IMG/VR virus record: IMGVR_UViG_3300037483_000352
Coordinates: 24,084 to 88,083 of that record
DNA: 64,000 nt
From: a virus
Taxonomy: Duplodnaviria; Caudoviricetes
Direction: 5' to 3' (one strand)
Shown: piece after piece, positions 1 through 10,780 of the stretch
How positions within the stretch are numbered: position 1 is the stretch's first letter
Layout: the number at the start of each line of letters is the position of its first letter
The notes under the pieces: model-generated
Seen by the model: the letters and a program-made list of their open reading frames with translations, nothing else
What the model was told of the DNA's origin: nothing
Database searches by the model: none
Program-made: the position numbers and the translations under genes

Positions 1-7
1 TACGATC

Positions 8-286
8 TTGGTCGGCAGCATTCCGGACGGCTTGACGTTGGACCACTTGTGCCGCGTTCGAAACTGCGTGAACCCCCGTCATCTGGAAGCCGTCACCCAG
101 CGCGTGAACACGCTCCGAGGTGACGGGTTCGCGGCTGATCACGCTGCCAAGACCAAGTGCCCGAATGACCATCCGTACGACGAAGCCAACACCTACGTGA
201 GCAATGTCAACGGGAGGCACTGCCGTACCTGCCACAGGGACCGCGAACGAGCCCGTAAGAGGGAGATCAGGAAGAGGGGTGAGTGA
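8..286 (+). CDS. HNH endonuclease with C-terminal Cys/His zinc motif, probably 5'-truncated by the window
   Basis: [24 protein letters not shown] is an HNH core, followed by CPNDH...CRTC. Confidence 0.8.
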   Translation: MVGSIPDGLTLDHLCRVRNCVNPRHLEAVTQRVNTLRGDGFAADHAAKTKCPNDHPYDEANTYVSNVNGRHCRTCHRDRERARKREIRKRGE

Positions 287-1386
287 CCATGTCGGATCGG
301 CGCGGTACCCCGGCGTACGTGCAGCGGATCATCACCGCCATTGCAGGTGTCTTGACGGTCTTCCTGACGGCCGTGGCGTTCTGGCTATCATTTGAGCACC
401 TGCACGACGTGGCCGCCGACCATGGTCTGTCGGGGGTCCGCGCGTGGGCATGGCCTGCCACCCTGGACACGTTCATCGTGATCGGTGAGGTGCTGATCCT
501 CCGCGCGTCGATCGTCCAGAAGGTGGACGCCTGGGCGTGGTGCTGCGCGGCAGCCGGGTCCCTCGGTTCGATCACGCTCAACGTGGTCGGGGTCGGGGCC
601 GACGCCGGGGCGCTGGACTACACCGTCGCCGCCGTTCCTCCGGTGGCCGCGCTGTTCGCCTTCGGGATCCTGATGCGTCAGTTGCACCAGGCGCTCGCGT
701 CGTACATGACCAAGGCCGACCCGGTGGACGTCATCGCTGGTGCGTTCGATGTCCCCCGGGACCTGATCATGGGAGACGCCGATGGGGGTCCGGAGCCTGA
801 GTACGACGCGTCAGGACTGCCGGTCAACGATCGTCCTGGGGACGAGGAAACGACCGGCATGGACGCCGGTATCGGCTACCTCCGGGGGACACCGATCGAC
901 GTGTCCGACGCCGTTGTCCCGGGCGCTTGGGACGAAGAGATGCGTGCCCGGCTGGCATCCCTGCCGGACGCGTCCTTGTCCCTGGACCTGACTCCGTACC
1001 CGGTCTACGCGGACAGTGTCCCCGCGCGGCCGACCGTGGCCCCGGTCAACGGGACACCCCGGCCGGGACATGTCCCGGACAGGGGACACGGGGACACAGC
1101 CGCGCGGGGACAGACGGCCGTCTCCCGGCCTGTCCCCGGGACAGGGGACACGGATGCCGGGGACATGGGGACAGGCCCCGGACAGTCCCGGACAGTCCCG
1201 GACAGTCCCGGACAGCGCCGGACACGGGCCGCCCGGACAGGTCTCACCCAGCGGGTCAGGGACATGTTGGAGATCAACCCCGGTATGACCAACGAGGACG
1301 TCCGGGACGCGTGTCCCGGCGACAACCCGGACAGCGTCAAGAAGTCGATCAGCCGGGTAAGGAGGGAGCTGGGCGAGACAAGCTGA
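283..1386 (+). CDS. DUF2637/SpdA-like membrane protein of Streptomyces transfer regions
   Basis: Four N-terminal TM segments with SFEHL..A and AWAWPATLD motifs, a low-complexity linker and a C-terminal HTH-like segment; lies upstream of traB. Confidence 0.65.
   Translation: MTMSDRRGTPAYVQRIITAIAGVLTVFLTAVAFWLSFEHLHDVAADHGLSGVRAWAWPATLDTFIVIGEVLILRASIVQKVDAWAWCCAAAGSLGSITLNVVGVGADAGALDYTVAAVPPVAALFAFGILMRQLHQALASYMTKADPVDVIAGAFDVPRDLIMGDADGGPEPEYDASGLPVNDRPGDEETTGMDAGIGYLRGTPIDVSDAVVPGAWDEEMRARLASLPDASLSLDLTPYPVYADSVPARPTVAPVNGTPRPGHVPDRGHGDTAARGQTAVSRPVPGTGDTDAGDMGTGPGQSRTVPDSPGQRRTRAARTGLTQRVRDMLEINPGMTNEDVRDACPGDNPDSVKKSISRVRRELGETS
1010..1335 (+). repeat. Dense GGACA/TGTCC repeat tract, including CCCGGACAGT x3.9 at 1177-1215
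   Basis: Read directly; roughly two dozen GGACA cores in about 320 bp. Confidence 0.85.
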
Positions 1387-1441
1387 CGGACCCCGGGGGC
1401 ACCGCGCCCCACATGATCGAACCTGAGCGAGAGGCACCATC

Positions 1442-1930
1442 ATGGCGACACCGCCTGTAGCACCGGCCAAGAAGGCCACCACACCGCGCAAGACCACCAC
1501 CGGCGGATCCCGCCCCGTGCCCGAGGATTCCGGACCGGTGTCCAGCGGCAGCGACAAGCTTGACGCTCTCGTCCGCGCGCTGGACGACGTGGAGCTGTCC
1601 GACCAGCACTCGCTGAACGCCTTCTGCGAGGCGCTCCGCAAGCTGGCCAGCCGCCTGGCCGTGGAGACCGCCATCGGATCCGGGCAGCTCACGGCCGGAG
1701 CCAAGGTCATGGCCAAGGGCACCGGTAACCCGCTGCTCATGGGCCTGGACGTCCGGCTCAAGATGCGCAAGGTCACCAAGGCACTGGACTCCGCGAGTGA
1801 CCACCTCGGGGACGCCGCAGCCCAGGCCGTCACGGCATGGTCCGTGTTCGAGGCCGAGTTCGAAGAAGCCCTGAACAAGTCGGCCCGGAAGGCCGCCACC
1901 CCCAGGGGCTTCACGATCAAGGAGGACTGA
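1442..1930 (+). CDS. TraA-like plasmid transfer accessory protein
   Basis: 162 aa helical protein with a basic, Pro-rich N-terminus directly upstream of traB; resembles Streptomyces plasmid TraA-type proteins. Confidence 0.5.
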   Translation: MATPPVAPAKKATTPRKTTTGGSRPVPEDSGPVSSGSDKLDALVRALDDVELSDQHSLNAFCEALRKLASRLAVETAIGSGQLTAGAKVMAKGTGNPLLMGLDVRLKMRKVTKALDSASDHLGDAAAQAVTAWSVFEAEFEEALNKSARKAATPRGFTIKED

Positions 1931-1932
1931 CC

Positions 1933-3978
1933 ATGGGCAGGCAGGGCGTCCGACGTGGACCAGTGAGGACCCGGGGGTTCGGGCTCGGAGAGCTGGCAGG
2001 CTCCCGTGTGCTCCCGTACCTGGTGCCCTGGCTGCTGTGCGTCCTGGCCATGCCGGTCGCCCTGCTTGCCCGCTGGCGCTGGGGGGACGACCCCCGGATG
2101 ACGGCGGTCATGGGGGCTACGGCCGTGTTCCTGTCCGGCATGACGTATGTCACCTGGGGACGCCGCCACCGGCACACCCGGAACACGGCGACCCTGGTTG
2201 CCGGGGTCGTCCTCGGGTGGACAGCCGTTGCTGTGTCCGGGGATCCGTTGTCCCGGGGGACACTGGACGCGTGGATCATCGGGACAGTCATCGTGTCTGT
2301 CTCCTGGGATGTCCGGTACGCAGCATGGTCTGTCCCCCACGAGGAGGACAAGTCGGGGGACAACGAAGATCCTTTGTTCAGCCGGATCAAGTCCCTGAAC
2401 GGCGCGAGGACAAAGAAGATCAAGGAGACACCTGGACGGGTCGAGGCGCAGATCCGGCTGAAGCCCGGGGAGCACACGATGTCCGAGGTCCAGGGGGACA
2501 AAGAGCGGATAGCTCAGATCGTCGGCATGGGGACAGAGGACATCACGGTGACCGGTGTCCCGGGACACGCGGACACCGTGACCATGTCCTTCCAGTTCGC
2601 CAACGGGCTGCGCCGGTCGATCTACTGGAACGGCCCGTCCATGGCCGGTGGCTCGGTCTATGACGCGCCCCTGCGGCCGGGCATCCGGGCGGACGGAAAG
2701 GATCTGGCCCTATGGCTGTGCGGGGACAGCTCCGCAGACCCCGTGCGGCAGCTCACCCATTGCCTGGCTACCGGGGTGACCGGATCCGGCAAGACGGAGA
2801 CGGTGAAGACCGTGATCCTGGACGGCCGGTGGCGCCGGGACTTCGTTCCGATCGTCGCCGACCCGGCCAAGTTCAATCAGTCGTTCGGGGACATCAAGGA
2901 GTGCCTGGAGCTGTACGCGGACGGTCCGGAACAATGCGCCCGGCTGGTCCGTAATCTGAAGGACACGATCCTGTACCGCGCACAGATCTTCGGGGAGCTG
3001 ACCAGGTCGGACGGCACCCAGGGCTACTCACAGTGGGAGCCGGAGCTGTGGACCCTGCACGGCATCCCCCTGGTTTTCATCGACCTGGAGGAGGCCGCCG
3101 ACCTGGTGGACTCCGATCTCGATGATCCGGTCCGTAAGGCCCGGTCAGTCGGGATCTTCCTGTGGGTGTCGCTTCAGACGGCGATCTTCCAGAACCTGGA
3201 CCGCAAGACCCGGGGGCAGTTCGGGCAGTCCGCGTGCCACGGAATGAACGAGATGCAGGACGCCAAGTTCGGACTGAACGCCAACACGATCAACGCCGGG
3301 GCCGACCCCACGAAGTGGGGAGCGGACAGCGCGGGATCTTTCTACGCGGAGTTCACCGGGACACCGAAGAACGAATGGCCGGTGGATGCGCGTGCGTACG
3401 CCTGGGGACGCAACGAGTCCGAAGCCAGGCAGGCCCGGCGCGCGGAGATGACGGCGTCCCGGGACGCGGGTGTCTGGGCTGTCCTGGACGAGGGGACATC
3501 CGACTATCTGTCCCGTGGGCTGTCTGTCCCCTGCGGGGACACAGCCGCTGTCCCCTGCGGGGACACCACGACTGTCCCTGTCCCGGGGGACACGGGGGCG
3601 GGATACACCGCGACTGTCCCGGCAGGGGACAACGAGGACAAGATCACCCAACTGAAGGAAAGGCCCGAAGTGACACAGGAGATCGCACCCCCGAAGCACG
3701 ACGTCGTGTTCTCCCTGGGTGTCCCCCAGAACGACGTGACCACCGAGCAGGCACGGAAGATCATCGAGGACAGGATCGACGAGATGGAGGCCGGTGGCCG
3801 GGACATGGTGGGCTACCGGGACATTGCCGACCTGGCCGCCAAGTGCGGACGCCGCCGGTCGTGGCTGTACAAGGAACTGGCGCGGCTGGTCGAGGCCGGA
3901 CGGCTGGAGCAGGGGGTGAAGCCGCCATACCGGATCAAGCCCCGTATCCAGAACGGGCACCGGGTTCCGGTGAGCTGA
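1933..3978 (+). CDS. traB: TraB-type FtsK/SpoIIIE conjugative dsDNA translocase
   Basis: N-terminal TM helices, Walker A GVTGSGKT, Walker B-like FIDLEEAADL, C-terminal winged-helix-like domain; ATG at 1933 follows GGAGG. Confidence 0.85.
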   Translation: MGRQGVRRGPVRTRGFGLGELAGSRVLPYLVPWLLCVLAMPVALLARWRWGDDPRMTAVMGATAVFLSGMTYVTWGRRHRHTRNTATLVAGVVLGWTAVAVSGDPLSRGTLDAWIIGTVIVSVSWDVRYAAWSVPHEEDKSGDNEDPLFSRIKSLNGARTKKIKETPGRVEAQIRLKPGEHTMSEVQGDKERIAQIVGMGTEDITVTGVPGHADTVTMSFQFANGLRRSIYWNGPSMAGGSVYDAPLRPGIRADGKDLALWLCGDSSADPVRQLTHCLATGVTGSGKTETVKTVILDGRWRRDFVPIVADPAKFNQSFGDIKECLELYADGPEQCARLVRNLKDTILYRAQIFGELTRSDGTQGYSQWEPELWTLHGIPLVFIDLEEAADLVDSDLDDPVRKARSVGIFLWVSLQTAIFQNLDRKTRGQFGQSACHGMNEMQDAKFGLNANTINAGADPTKWGADSAGSFYAEFTGTPKNEWPVDARAYAWGRNESEARQARRAEMTASRDAGVWAVLDEGTSDYLSRGLSVPCGDTAAVPCGDTTTVPVPGDTGAGYTATVPAGDNEDKITQLKERPEVTQEIAPPKHDVVFSLGVPQNDVTTEQARKIIEDRIDEMEAGGRDMVGYRDIADLAAKCGRRRSWLYKELARLVEAGRLEQGVKPPYRIKPRIQNGHRVPVS

Positions 3979-3984
3979 CCATGG

Positions 3985-4075
3985 TCCGTCCGGGGGACGT
4001 CCAGATCATCGGGCGTCCCTCGTCCGGGGGATGTTCCGTTTCGTCCACCGTCCCTCGTCCGGGGGATTGTTCCGG
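3985..4075 (+). repeat. Three direct repeats of CGTCCGGGGGA (3987, 4021, 4056) just downstream of traB; candidate clt
   Basis: Read directly; 34-35 bp spacing; copies 2 and 3 share GTCCCTCGTCCGGGGGAT. Confidence 0.6.
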
Positions 4076-4164
4076 AACAGATCACATCTCCCACCTAGGT
4101 ATATCCGTGCGGAACACGCCGCACGTCCACGGTCCGCGTCCAGCGGGCACCCAAGGAGACAACC

Positions 4165-4425
4165 GTGAAGATCAAGACTCGCAAGCTCAGCAAGATCATG
4201 ACGGAGGTCCGGTGGTTCACTCACGCGCTGGTGGCCGCTCTTCTGTTCATCCCCGTCGCCGGGCTCGTTCCGGGGGACAGCGTCAACCTGAACGTGATCG
4301 GATCGCTGGGTCTGATCGCCATACTGGTGGCCGCCGACCTGGCGATCACTGTCCCCCTGTCCCTGTGGCTGCGGAGGCTGAACCGCCCGGCGTTCGTGCC
4401 GGTCCGCAGCTACGCCAAGAGGTGA
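4165..4425 (+). CDS. Small membrane protein (Spd-like)
   Basis: Two TM segments; GGAG RBS; within the tra operon. Confidence 0.6.
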   Translation: MKIKTRKLSKIMTEVRWFTHALVAALLFIPVAGLVPGDSVNLNVIGSLGLIAILVAADLAITVPLSLWLRRLNRPAFVPVRSYAKR

Positions 4426-4547
4426 CCCGCAACCGTCGCCGGACCGGGCGCAAAACCCGGTCCCGCGCAACCCTGATCATCGTGGTCGGCCTGTTCCTTC
4501 TGGCCGTGGTGATCGCTGATGAGATGGGACTGACGAACCACTCATGA
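4422..4547 (+). CDS. Small basic membrane peptide
   Basis: GTGA overlap with the previous gene; Arg-rich N-terminus plus one TM segment. Confidence 0.5.
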   Translation: MTRNRRRTGRKTRSRATLIIVVGLFLLAVVIADEMGLTNHS

Positions 4548-4855
4548 GCGGAGTGAATGGAACCATGCCTGACACCCTGCACCCGGCGGATGCCGAGTAC
4601 TTCCGGACCCTGGCCCGGAACGCCGATCCCCTGTACGGGATGATCAACCTCGTCCGGTTCCAGGACAGGCTGATCGTCACCATGGCCCCCACCGTGGGGC
4701 TGATCAACCCGGAGATCCTTTTCCATGACCGGGTCCGGGGTGTCCGGGTCCACGGAGACCTGATCGAACTGTGCGACCAGGTGACCTACCGGATCACCGG
4801 GTGGGACCCCGACCAGAAGTCACTGATCGTTCTACTGGAGGCTGATCACCGATGA
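4544..4855 (+). CDS. Hypothetical protein
   Basis: ATGA-coupled ORF, 103 aa. Confidence 0.55.
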   Translation: MSGVNGTMPDTLHPADAEYFRTLARNADPLYGMINLVRFQDRLIVTMAPTVGLINPEILFHDRVRGVRVHGDLIELCDQVTYRITGWDPDQKSLIVLLEADHR

Positions 4856-5277
4856 CCGATGACCGGAAGGTGATCGTCCCCACGTCGGTCGACTCACCGA
4901 CACAGAAGATCCACCTGACCGCTTCCGATCTTGCCCGGCTGAACCAGGTGCCGGACGGGATGATGCCGGGCGCCCGGCCGGTCGTGATCAACGTGGTCCA
5001 GCAAGATCCCCCGGCCGACCGTCAGTACCGGGGTGACGATCTTCTTCGGAGGTTCGTCCCCTACTTCGTGATCACCATGATGGGTCTGGTGATCGTCGGT
5101 GGCCTCGCGGCGATCCTGGGTCTGGTGGTCCCGGTGATCATGGCGGGCATCCTGTCGATCGTCGCGTCATTCGTGTCGATCATCATGAGCCTCGTTCTGT
5201 CGATCATCGCCGGGGTCGTGATCGCGCTCGGCATCGCGTACTGCCAGACGGTCAACATCAAGAACAAGGGCCGATGA
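4852..5277 (+). CDS. Membrane protein (Spd-like)
   Basis: ATGA-coupled; long hydrophobic C-terminal half. Confidence 0.6.
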   Translation: MTDDRKVIVPTSVDSPTQKIHLTASDLARLNQVPDGMMPGARPVVINVVQQDPPADRQYRGDDLLRRFVPYFVITMMGLVIVGGLAAILGLVVPVIMAGILSIVASFVSIIMSLVLSIIAGVVIALGIAYCQTVNIKNKGR

Positions 5278-5393
5278 GCGCCAGGCACCGGCGACCGAAC
5301 AAGATCAGGGCCGCAGTGAAGGGGATGATCCTCTTGGCTGCGGCCCTGTTTTTGATCTTGGCTCCGGCCTGGACTCTGATGTCCATGCGCTGA
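5274..5393 (+). CDS. Small membrane peptide, 39 aa
   Basis: ATGA overlap; basic N-terminus plus TM segment. Confidence 0.45.
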   Translation: MSARHRRPNKIRAAVKGMILLAAALFLILAPAWTLMSMR

Positions 5394-6434
5394 GCCATGC
5401 ATAATTTCCCGGCCGAAGATCAATGTCCGTTTTTCCCGTATCGTGAAAACCAATGTTCGTGATCACGCCCCTGGCCTGCGGAAATCCCTAACCCAAAGTG
5501 GGTGGTACGCGGGTACCAGGAAGGGGGTCCAGGCCCGCAGACGGGCGTACAGAGCTTTTAAGTACCACTGTTTGTACCGCGCTTCCCCAGCATAACTACT
5601 CACCCCCGTGCATAAGTTGTTGGAGAACGCCATTTCCGCATGGTGGAAATGCCGGCTTTCCGATCTACGAAAACGCCATTCTCCACGTGCCGGGAAACGG
5701 TCCGGCCGGTCCCCTTGCTCCCGCGCTCATGTCCCCGGGAGCGCGGGTGAGTTGACCCCTCCAGAAAACTTTCTAAAGAATCTTGACGAAACCTATTGCA
5801 TCCCCCGAACGGGGGGCGCACATTGGAGACACAACAAAACAACGGGTGATCGGCCCCGAAGATCCAAAATCGGACGTCGCACAGGCCACCAGGCCTCGTG
5901 ATCACCCGGAGCCCCCGGACGGCGGGGGCGGGCCTTCGCACCGGGCCCCGGAAGTTCATCAGGTGGAGACGGCCTTACCGAAGGGCCCCAAAAAATCTTC
6001 GTAGATCCAAAGGGAACGGACCGGGTACCCCGGACGGTCGCGATCATCACCCCCGCTCACGCGGACCGGCGATCACGGCACATGGGTGATACGGAAACCC
6101 ACTACCGGCGGAACGACAGCTCAAGGATCGCTAGGAGTTGATCCGGTGGTGACCATGCGACCCGGTACCTCGTGCCGGATGGACACCCAGGGGAACAACC
6201 CGGAACGATCAAGGCGGGCATGATCTGGTGGTAGGTCCCATCGGGTGTCCGCAACATGGCACGGAGGCGATAGACACCGGCACTGGAAGCCGGGACCGAG
6301 AGGCGCCTAGCGGGTTCGGATCCCGCCCCTGCCACTGATCACCGGTTGCCAGGAACGATGGGTCACGAACCCGGGAAACAAACAGGCACGGTGTGATCAA
6401 CCACTAATCATCCGGTCAACCCGAGGAGCCGATC
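5394..6434. promoter_or_regulatory. ~1 kb non-coding control region with AT-richer patches and many hairpins; candidate rightward promoter TTGCAT(5796)-17-CACATT(5819)
   Basis: No credible ORF; lies between the tra operon and the early genes. Confidence 0.5.
5461..5560 (+). repeat. Dispersed ~100 bp element, copy 1
   Basis: Blocks CCTGCGGAAATCCCTAAC, GGGTACC and AGACGGGCGTACAGAGC are shared with the copies at 26.4, 43.9 and 61.3 kb. Confidence 0.85.
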
Positions 6435-6886
6435 ATGGCGAACCGCCAGGAGATCTTCCGGAAGGGATTCACCTACGTGATCACCCGCCGGATCGTCCAG
6501 CGGAAGACGTCGACCGTCCTCCGGGTCCGGGTCACCGCATACAAGGGCATGGCCATTCGCAGCAAGACCCCGGAGTTCAACGAGTACCGCGACTACGCCA
6601 GCATCGCCGAGGGCGACATGGTGTACGCCCGTCACATCGACAAGATCAACAAGTGAGGTACCCCATGTTCCAGATCACGGTCACCGACAGCACTGACCTG
6701 CTGGGTATCCGCACTGCCAGGACCGCCTCCGAGATGGAGGACGTTGTCACCGCGCTGCACAAGGAGTTCCCCGGGGCCCACGTCGACGTCAGGACGTTCG
6801 CTCAGATCCAGGCCGAGGACGACTACCTCGGTCGTCAGGAGACGCTGGCCGACGCAGCAGCCTGGTACGACATGGACCGCTGATCG

Positions 6887-6943
6887 ATGATCTCCGCTCG
6901 GGTGCGCGTCCCAACGGACGTGCACCCCCTGAGGCTGATCACC
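6887..6943 (+). repeat. 57 bp intergenic hairpin element, copy 1
   Basis: Near-identical to 7666-7722; 12 bp stem GGGTGCGCGTCC-CAAC-GGACGTGCACCC. Confidence 0.85.
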
Positions 6944-7665
6944 GATCAACCACCCCGTCCGGACCTACCAGGGAGCTGGCCATCATGACGAACGAGCTGA
7001 CCAAGGATGAGTTCCTGAAGATCCACGGTACGCCGACTGCGGCCGTATGGGTCACCCAGAACAGTCACCCGGCCAGCCGGACGGCCTACCAGGAGATGAC
7101 CATCGGGTCCGTCGTGTGGGCCAGGGTCACCGTGAACGGCCGGGAGATCGTCAAGCCCCGCCGGAACCTGGACCTCGTGCACCAGGGCTACAACAACCTG
7201 GTGAACCAGGCCATCAGCAGTTACGAGGACTGATCATGGACCCCGCGACCGAGATCAAGAACTTCGCCGCCGCGTGCTGCGCGGTCGACATGATCGACGA
7301 ACTGCCCCACGCCGACGCGGACAGGGACGCGATGATCCGCGACCTGGCCTCGTACGGACCCGCGATCCAGAACCGCAACCACGACGACAAGGACTGATCA
7401 TAATGTCTGACACCCGCATCCGCTCGCGCAACGTAGCGGTCGACGACACCGCGTCCCTCCACTACGACCAGGCCACCATGACCGGGACGGTCACCATGGT
7501 GGTCCGTCACACATCCGGCCCGCGCATGGGCCGTGTGGCGAAGATCCAGCTTCGTCCGGCGAACGCGTCCCGGTCCATCATGTGGTTCGTCCCCGCGCGG
7601 GACGGTGACCACTGGAACTCGGTGGGCGGGTACGTCACGGCCACGTTCTGAATGATCGCGTATCC

Positions 7666-7722
7666 ATGATCTCCACTCGGGTGCACGTCCTCCGGGACGT
7701 GCGCCCCCTGGGGCTGATCACC
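7666..7722 (+). repeat. 57 bp intergenic hairpin element, copy 2
   Basis: Stem GGGTGCACGTCC-TCCG-GGACGTGCGCCC. Confidence 0.85.
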
Positions 7723-8269
7723 AGACACCCCGCTCCGACCACCAAGGAGTGACCATGACCGACACCAAGATCCCCACCCCGCTGCGCCCCGGAGACAACT
7801 GGGTGCCCAAGGTGTACGCGAACGGCACCTACACCACGGCCGACGGCACTGAGGGTGTCGAGGTAGCCGAGCACACCGAAGAGGCCGTGTGGTTCCGCTA
7901 CCACAACAGCGACTACACGTTCCCGGTGACACCGTCCGAATGGCCGCACCTGGCCGACGCGATCAGCTTCCCGGTGGCCACGTGGGGCCTGCGCTACTCC
8001 CGTATCTACGACTGACACACCACCCGGCCGGGGGTCCATCCGGCTGGTCCCCGACGCTTTCACCGGCGCCGGGGGCGCGGCGGTCATCACACTGGCGAGG
8101 GCCCCCCGGGGGCATGAGGGCCTGTGATCATCGCGTACAACCCACCGGCCGGACATGCGACCGTGATCACTGACTCGCTCCCGCACCTGGGCATGCGACC
8201 CGATCACACCGACTCGCTTCCGGCCGGTGGCCCCCGTCATGCATCACCCGTTCAATCGTAGGAGCGACC

Positions 8270-9475
8270 ATGCAACTCACCATCCGCAAGGGATCCCTTC
8301 AGGACCTGGCTGAGGAGCTTCAGGAGCAGCAGGACCGGAAGGTCGACCTGGTGGTCCCGGCGTCCAAGCTGTGGTCCCGTAACGGCAACGTCCTCGTTGC
8401 CGGGCACGGTGCACCGAAGATCACCAGCGATGGTGTCACCGCGTCGAACCTCGAACTGGCTCCGTCCCGTGTGTTCGACAACGGCATGGTGTCCAAGCTG
8501 TCCGAGGTCGGCCGCCCGCTCGGTCAGCGGTTCATCACCGGCCTGCGCGAGACCGGCCGGACGGACATCATCGACTCGGTGTACAACGGCCTGCTTCACG
8601 GGAACCGTGAGCTGGGTGCCCCCGGCGACCCCCGGTCGTTCTTCGTCCGGACGTTCTCCGGGCGGGAGCCGGTCGGTGCCGACGACCCCGGGACCCTGGG
8701 CTACGCCCGCGCGGTCCTGTCCGACAAGTACCGGCCGATCGACAACCTTGACGTTCTGATGACCGTGATCAAGGGTCTCCAGTCCGCCGGGTTCTCCGCG
8801 CACACCGTCCGTCAGGCCGACCTGACCGACGACAAGATGTACCTGCGTATCTCGGTCCCCGAGATCACCGCGCTGGCGCCCGGTCTGCTGCACGGCTACA
8901 CCTCGCCCTACGGCGGGGCGCGCGGTGCGGACAACCCGGTCGTTGAGGCGGGCATCGTGATCTCCAACTCGGAGACCGGGGGCGCGGCCTTCACGATCAC
9001 TCCCGAGCTGGTCATCCGGATCTGCACGAACGGGATGACGATCAAGAAGGACATGATCCGGAAGACGCACCTCGGATCGAAGATGGAGGAGGGTGTGCGC
9101 GTCAGTCAGCGCACGCTGGACGCCAACCGCGAGCTGGTGGCGTCGCAGACCCGGGACGCCATCGAAACGTTCCTGGACGTGGACTACATGAACCGCGTCC
9201 TCCGACAGATCGAGTCGGGGTCGGACGAGAAGATCGACGACGTGGAAAAGGCCATCGAGGTGGTCACGTCCCGCGCCGCGTTCAGCAAGTCCGACACGAA
9301 GGGTCTGCTCGCAGCGTTCATGGACGGGGGCGACCGCACGCGCGGCGGACTGGTCAACGCCGTCACGGCGTACAGCCAGTCGCTGGATGACGCGGACCGC
9401 GCGTACGAGATGGACGCGGACGCCCTTCCGGCGGCCGGGTTCGCCAACGTGTCCGGCCTGGTGGCCGCACGCTGA
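8270..9475 (+). CDS. DUF932/DUF945-like phage/plasmid protein
   Basis: RAVLSDKY..IDN and GIVISNSETG...RICTNG motifs. Confidence 0.7.
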   Translation: MQLTIRKGSLQDLAEELQEQQDRKVDLVVPASKLWSRNGNVLVAGHGAPKITSDGVTASNLELAPSRVFDNGMVSKLSEVGRPLGQRFITGLRETGRTDIIDSVYNGLLHGNRELGAPGDPRSFFVRTFSGREPVGADDPGTLGYARAVLSDKYRPIDNLDVLMTVIKGLQSAGFSAHTVRQADLTDDKMYLRISVPEITALAPGLLHGYTSPYGGARGADNPVVEAGIVISNSETGGAAFTITPELVIRICTNGMTIKKDMIRKTHLGSKMEEGVRVSQRTLDANRELVASQTRDAIETFLDVDYMNRVLRQIESGSDEKIDDVEKAIEVVTSRAAFSKSDTKGLLAAFMDGGDRTRGGLVNAVTAYSQSLDDADRAYEMDADALPAAGFANVSGLVAAR

Positions 9476-9727
9476 TGGTGTGAGCCATTGATCATGGTGA
9501 CCGGGGGTCCTTCGGGTTCCCCGGCTGCCATGGCCAATCGATCACACAGGAGGAGAGATCATGCCCAACCCGATCCCTCGGTACAGCGTCGGGACCGAAC
9601 GGCCCAAGGGCTATCCGGTACTGAAGACCACCGAGCGACAAACCACGGTCCGGGTGTACCGGACCCGGCATGCGGCGCAGGCCGTTGCCGACACCCTGAA
9701 CCAATGGGCCGGACAGGAGCGCTGATC

Positions 9728-10638
9728 ATGGCCGCGAAGATCACCGACCCCGCCGACTTCGAGACCACCTCGTTCGGCTACTTCGAAATGCTGGCCTGGG
9801 CCACCTCGGACACCGGAGGTGGCCTGCCGGACGTGTCCGCGCGGCCGTTCGCCGCATGGCTCGACGGCGTGTGGAATCAGTTCGACGACGGGTCCGGCAC
9901 CCAGACCAACGAAGACGTCCTGAAGGGTGCCCTGTCGGACTGGACGGGGGGCCGGTCATGACCGGCGTCGATACAGAGATCTACTTCACCCGTTCCGCGT
10001 ACTGGGGGTCCGACGTCTGGTTCGCCCACGTGTCCGGGCGGGATCTCGGCAGGGTGGCGCGGTGCTCCCGGTTCGGTGCGTGCTGCACCGGGTGGCACGG
10101 ATGGCCCGACCAGTACCCCGCGTCCGGAAACGACCCGGACGCCAACAAACCCACGGTGCGCGGAGCCCGGACCCGGCGGCATGCCGCCGAACTCCTGCGT
10201 GACCGTGCCGACCACCCCGAGGAGTTCCGGGATGTCTGAGCCCTACGGATGGACCTACACCGAGGACGGCATCAATCGTCAGGTGAAGATCCACACCACC
10301 CGCGACGGATGCACGGTCGTATGGGCCCCTCGGTTCGTCGGGGACCCGTACCCGTGGTTCGACGCCGACCGCGCCGAGACCGACCCGTCCGCGTACTACG
10401 GGGACGTCGACCTGATCACGCTCGGGGTGCCGGTCACATCGTGGTCGGGGTTCGACTCATGACCTTCGACGTCAACGACCTGAGTCAGTTGCCGGACCCT
10501 GAATGGTTCGAAGACCCCCCGGCATGGTTCCTGTACTTCGTCCACCGTCTGTCGGCCGACACCAGTGCAGGTGGGGTCCGGGACGCACTGGAGAAGATCA
10601 GTCCCTCGGGCTCCGTTCCGGAATGGTTCGACGCCTGA
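9728..10638 (+). other. Small hypothetical CDSs: 9728-9961, 9958-10239, 10232-10462, 10459-10638
   Basis: Overlapping start/stop coupling. Confidence 0.55.
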
Positions 10639-10780
10639 CCCACCATCGGGGCCGTACGCGAGGCCCATGCCATGTCCGTCCAGGCCCCTGGCTGCCGCTG
10701 TGGCGGCCGGGGGCCGCTAGGTGGGGAGGTTGTTCCACCGTGGTCCTGTTCGGCCCTTACGGGCCCGTACAGGGCCCCAA

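Larger units (their letters stand above)
6435..8015 (+). other. Cluster of small hypothetical CDSs: 6435-6656, 6665-6883, 6985-7233, 7236-7397, 7403-7651, 7755-8015
   Basis: Co-oriented ORFs with GGAG-type RBSs and tight spacing. Confidence 0.6.

Noticed and set aside
811-2568. 585 aa - strand ORF, and similar long shadow ORFs (37213-40320, 45007-47616, 22377-23939, 3162-4547)
   Set aside because: Antisense or alternative-frame shadows of real genes in high-GC DNA; Arg/Pro/Gly-rich with no motifs
5498-6400. Short ORFs in the control region
   Set aside because: No RBS, atypical composition and mutual overlap; better read as non-coding
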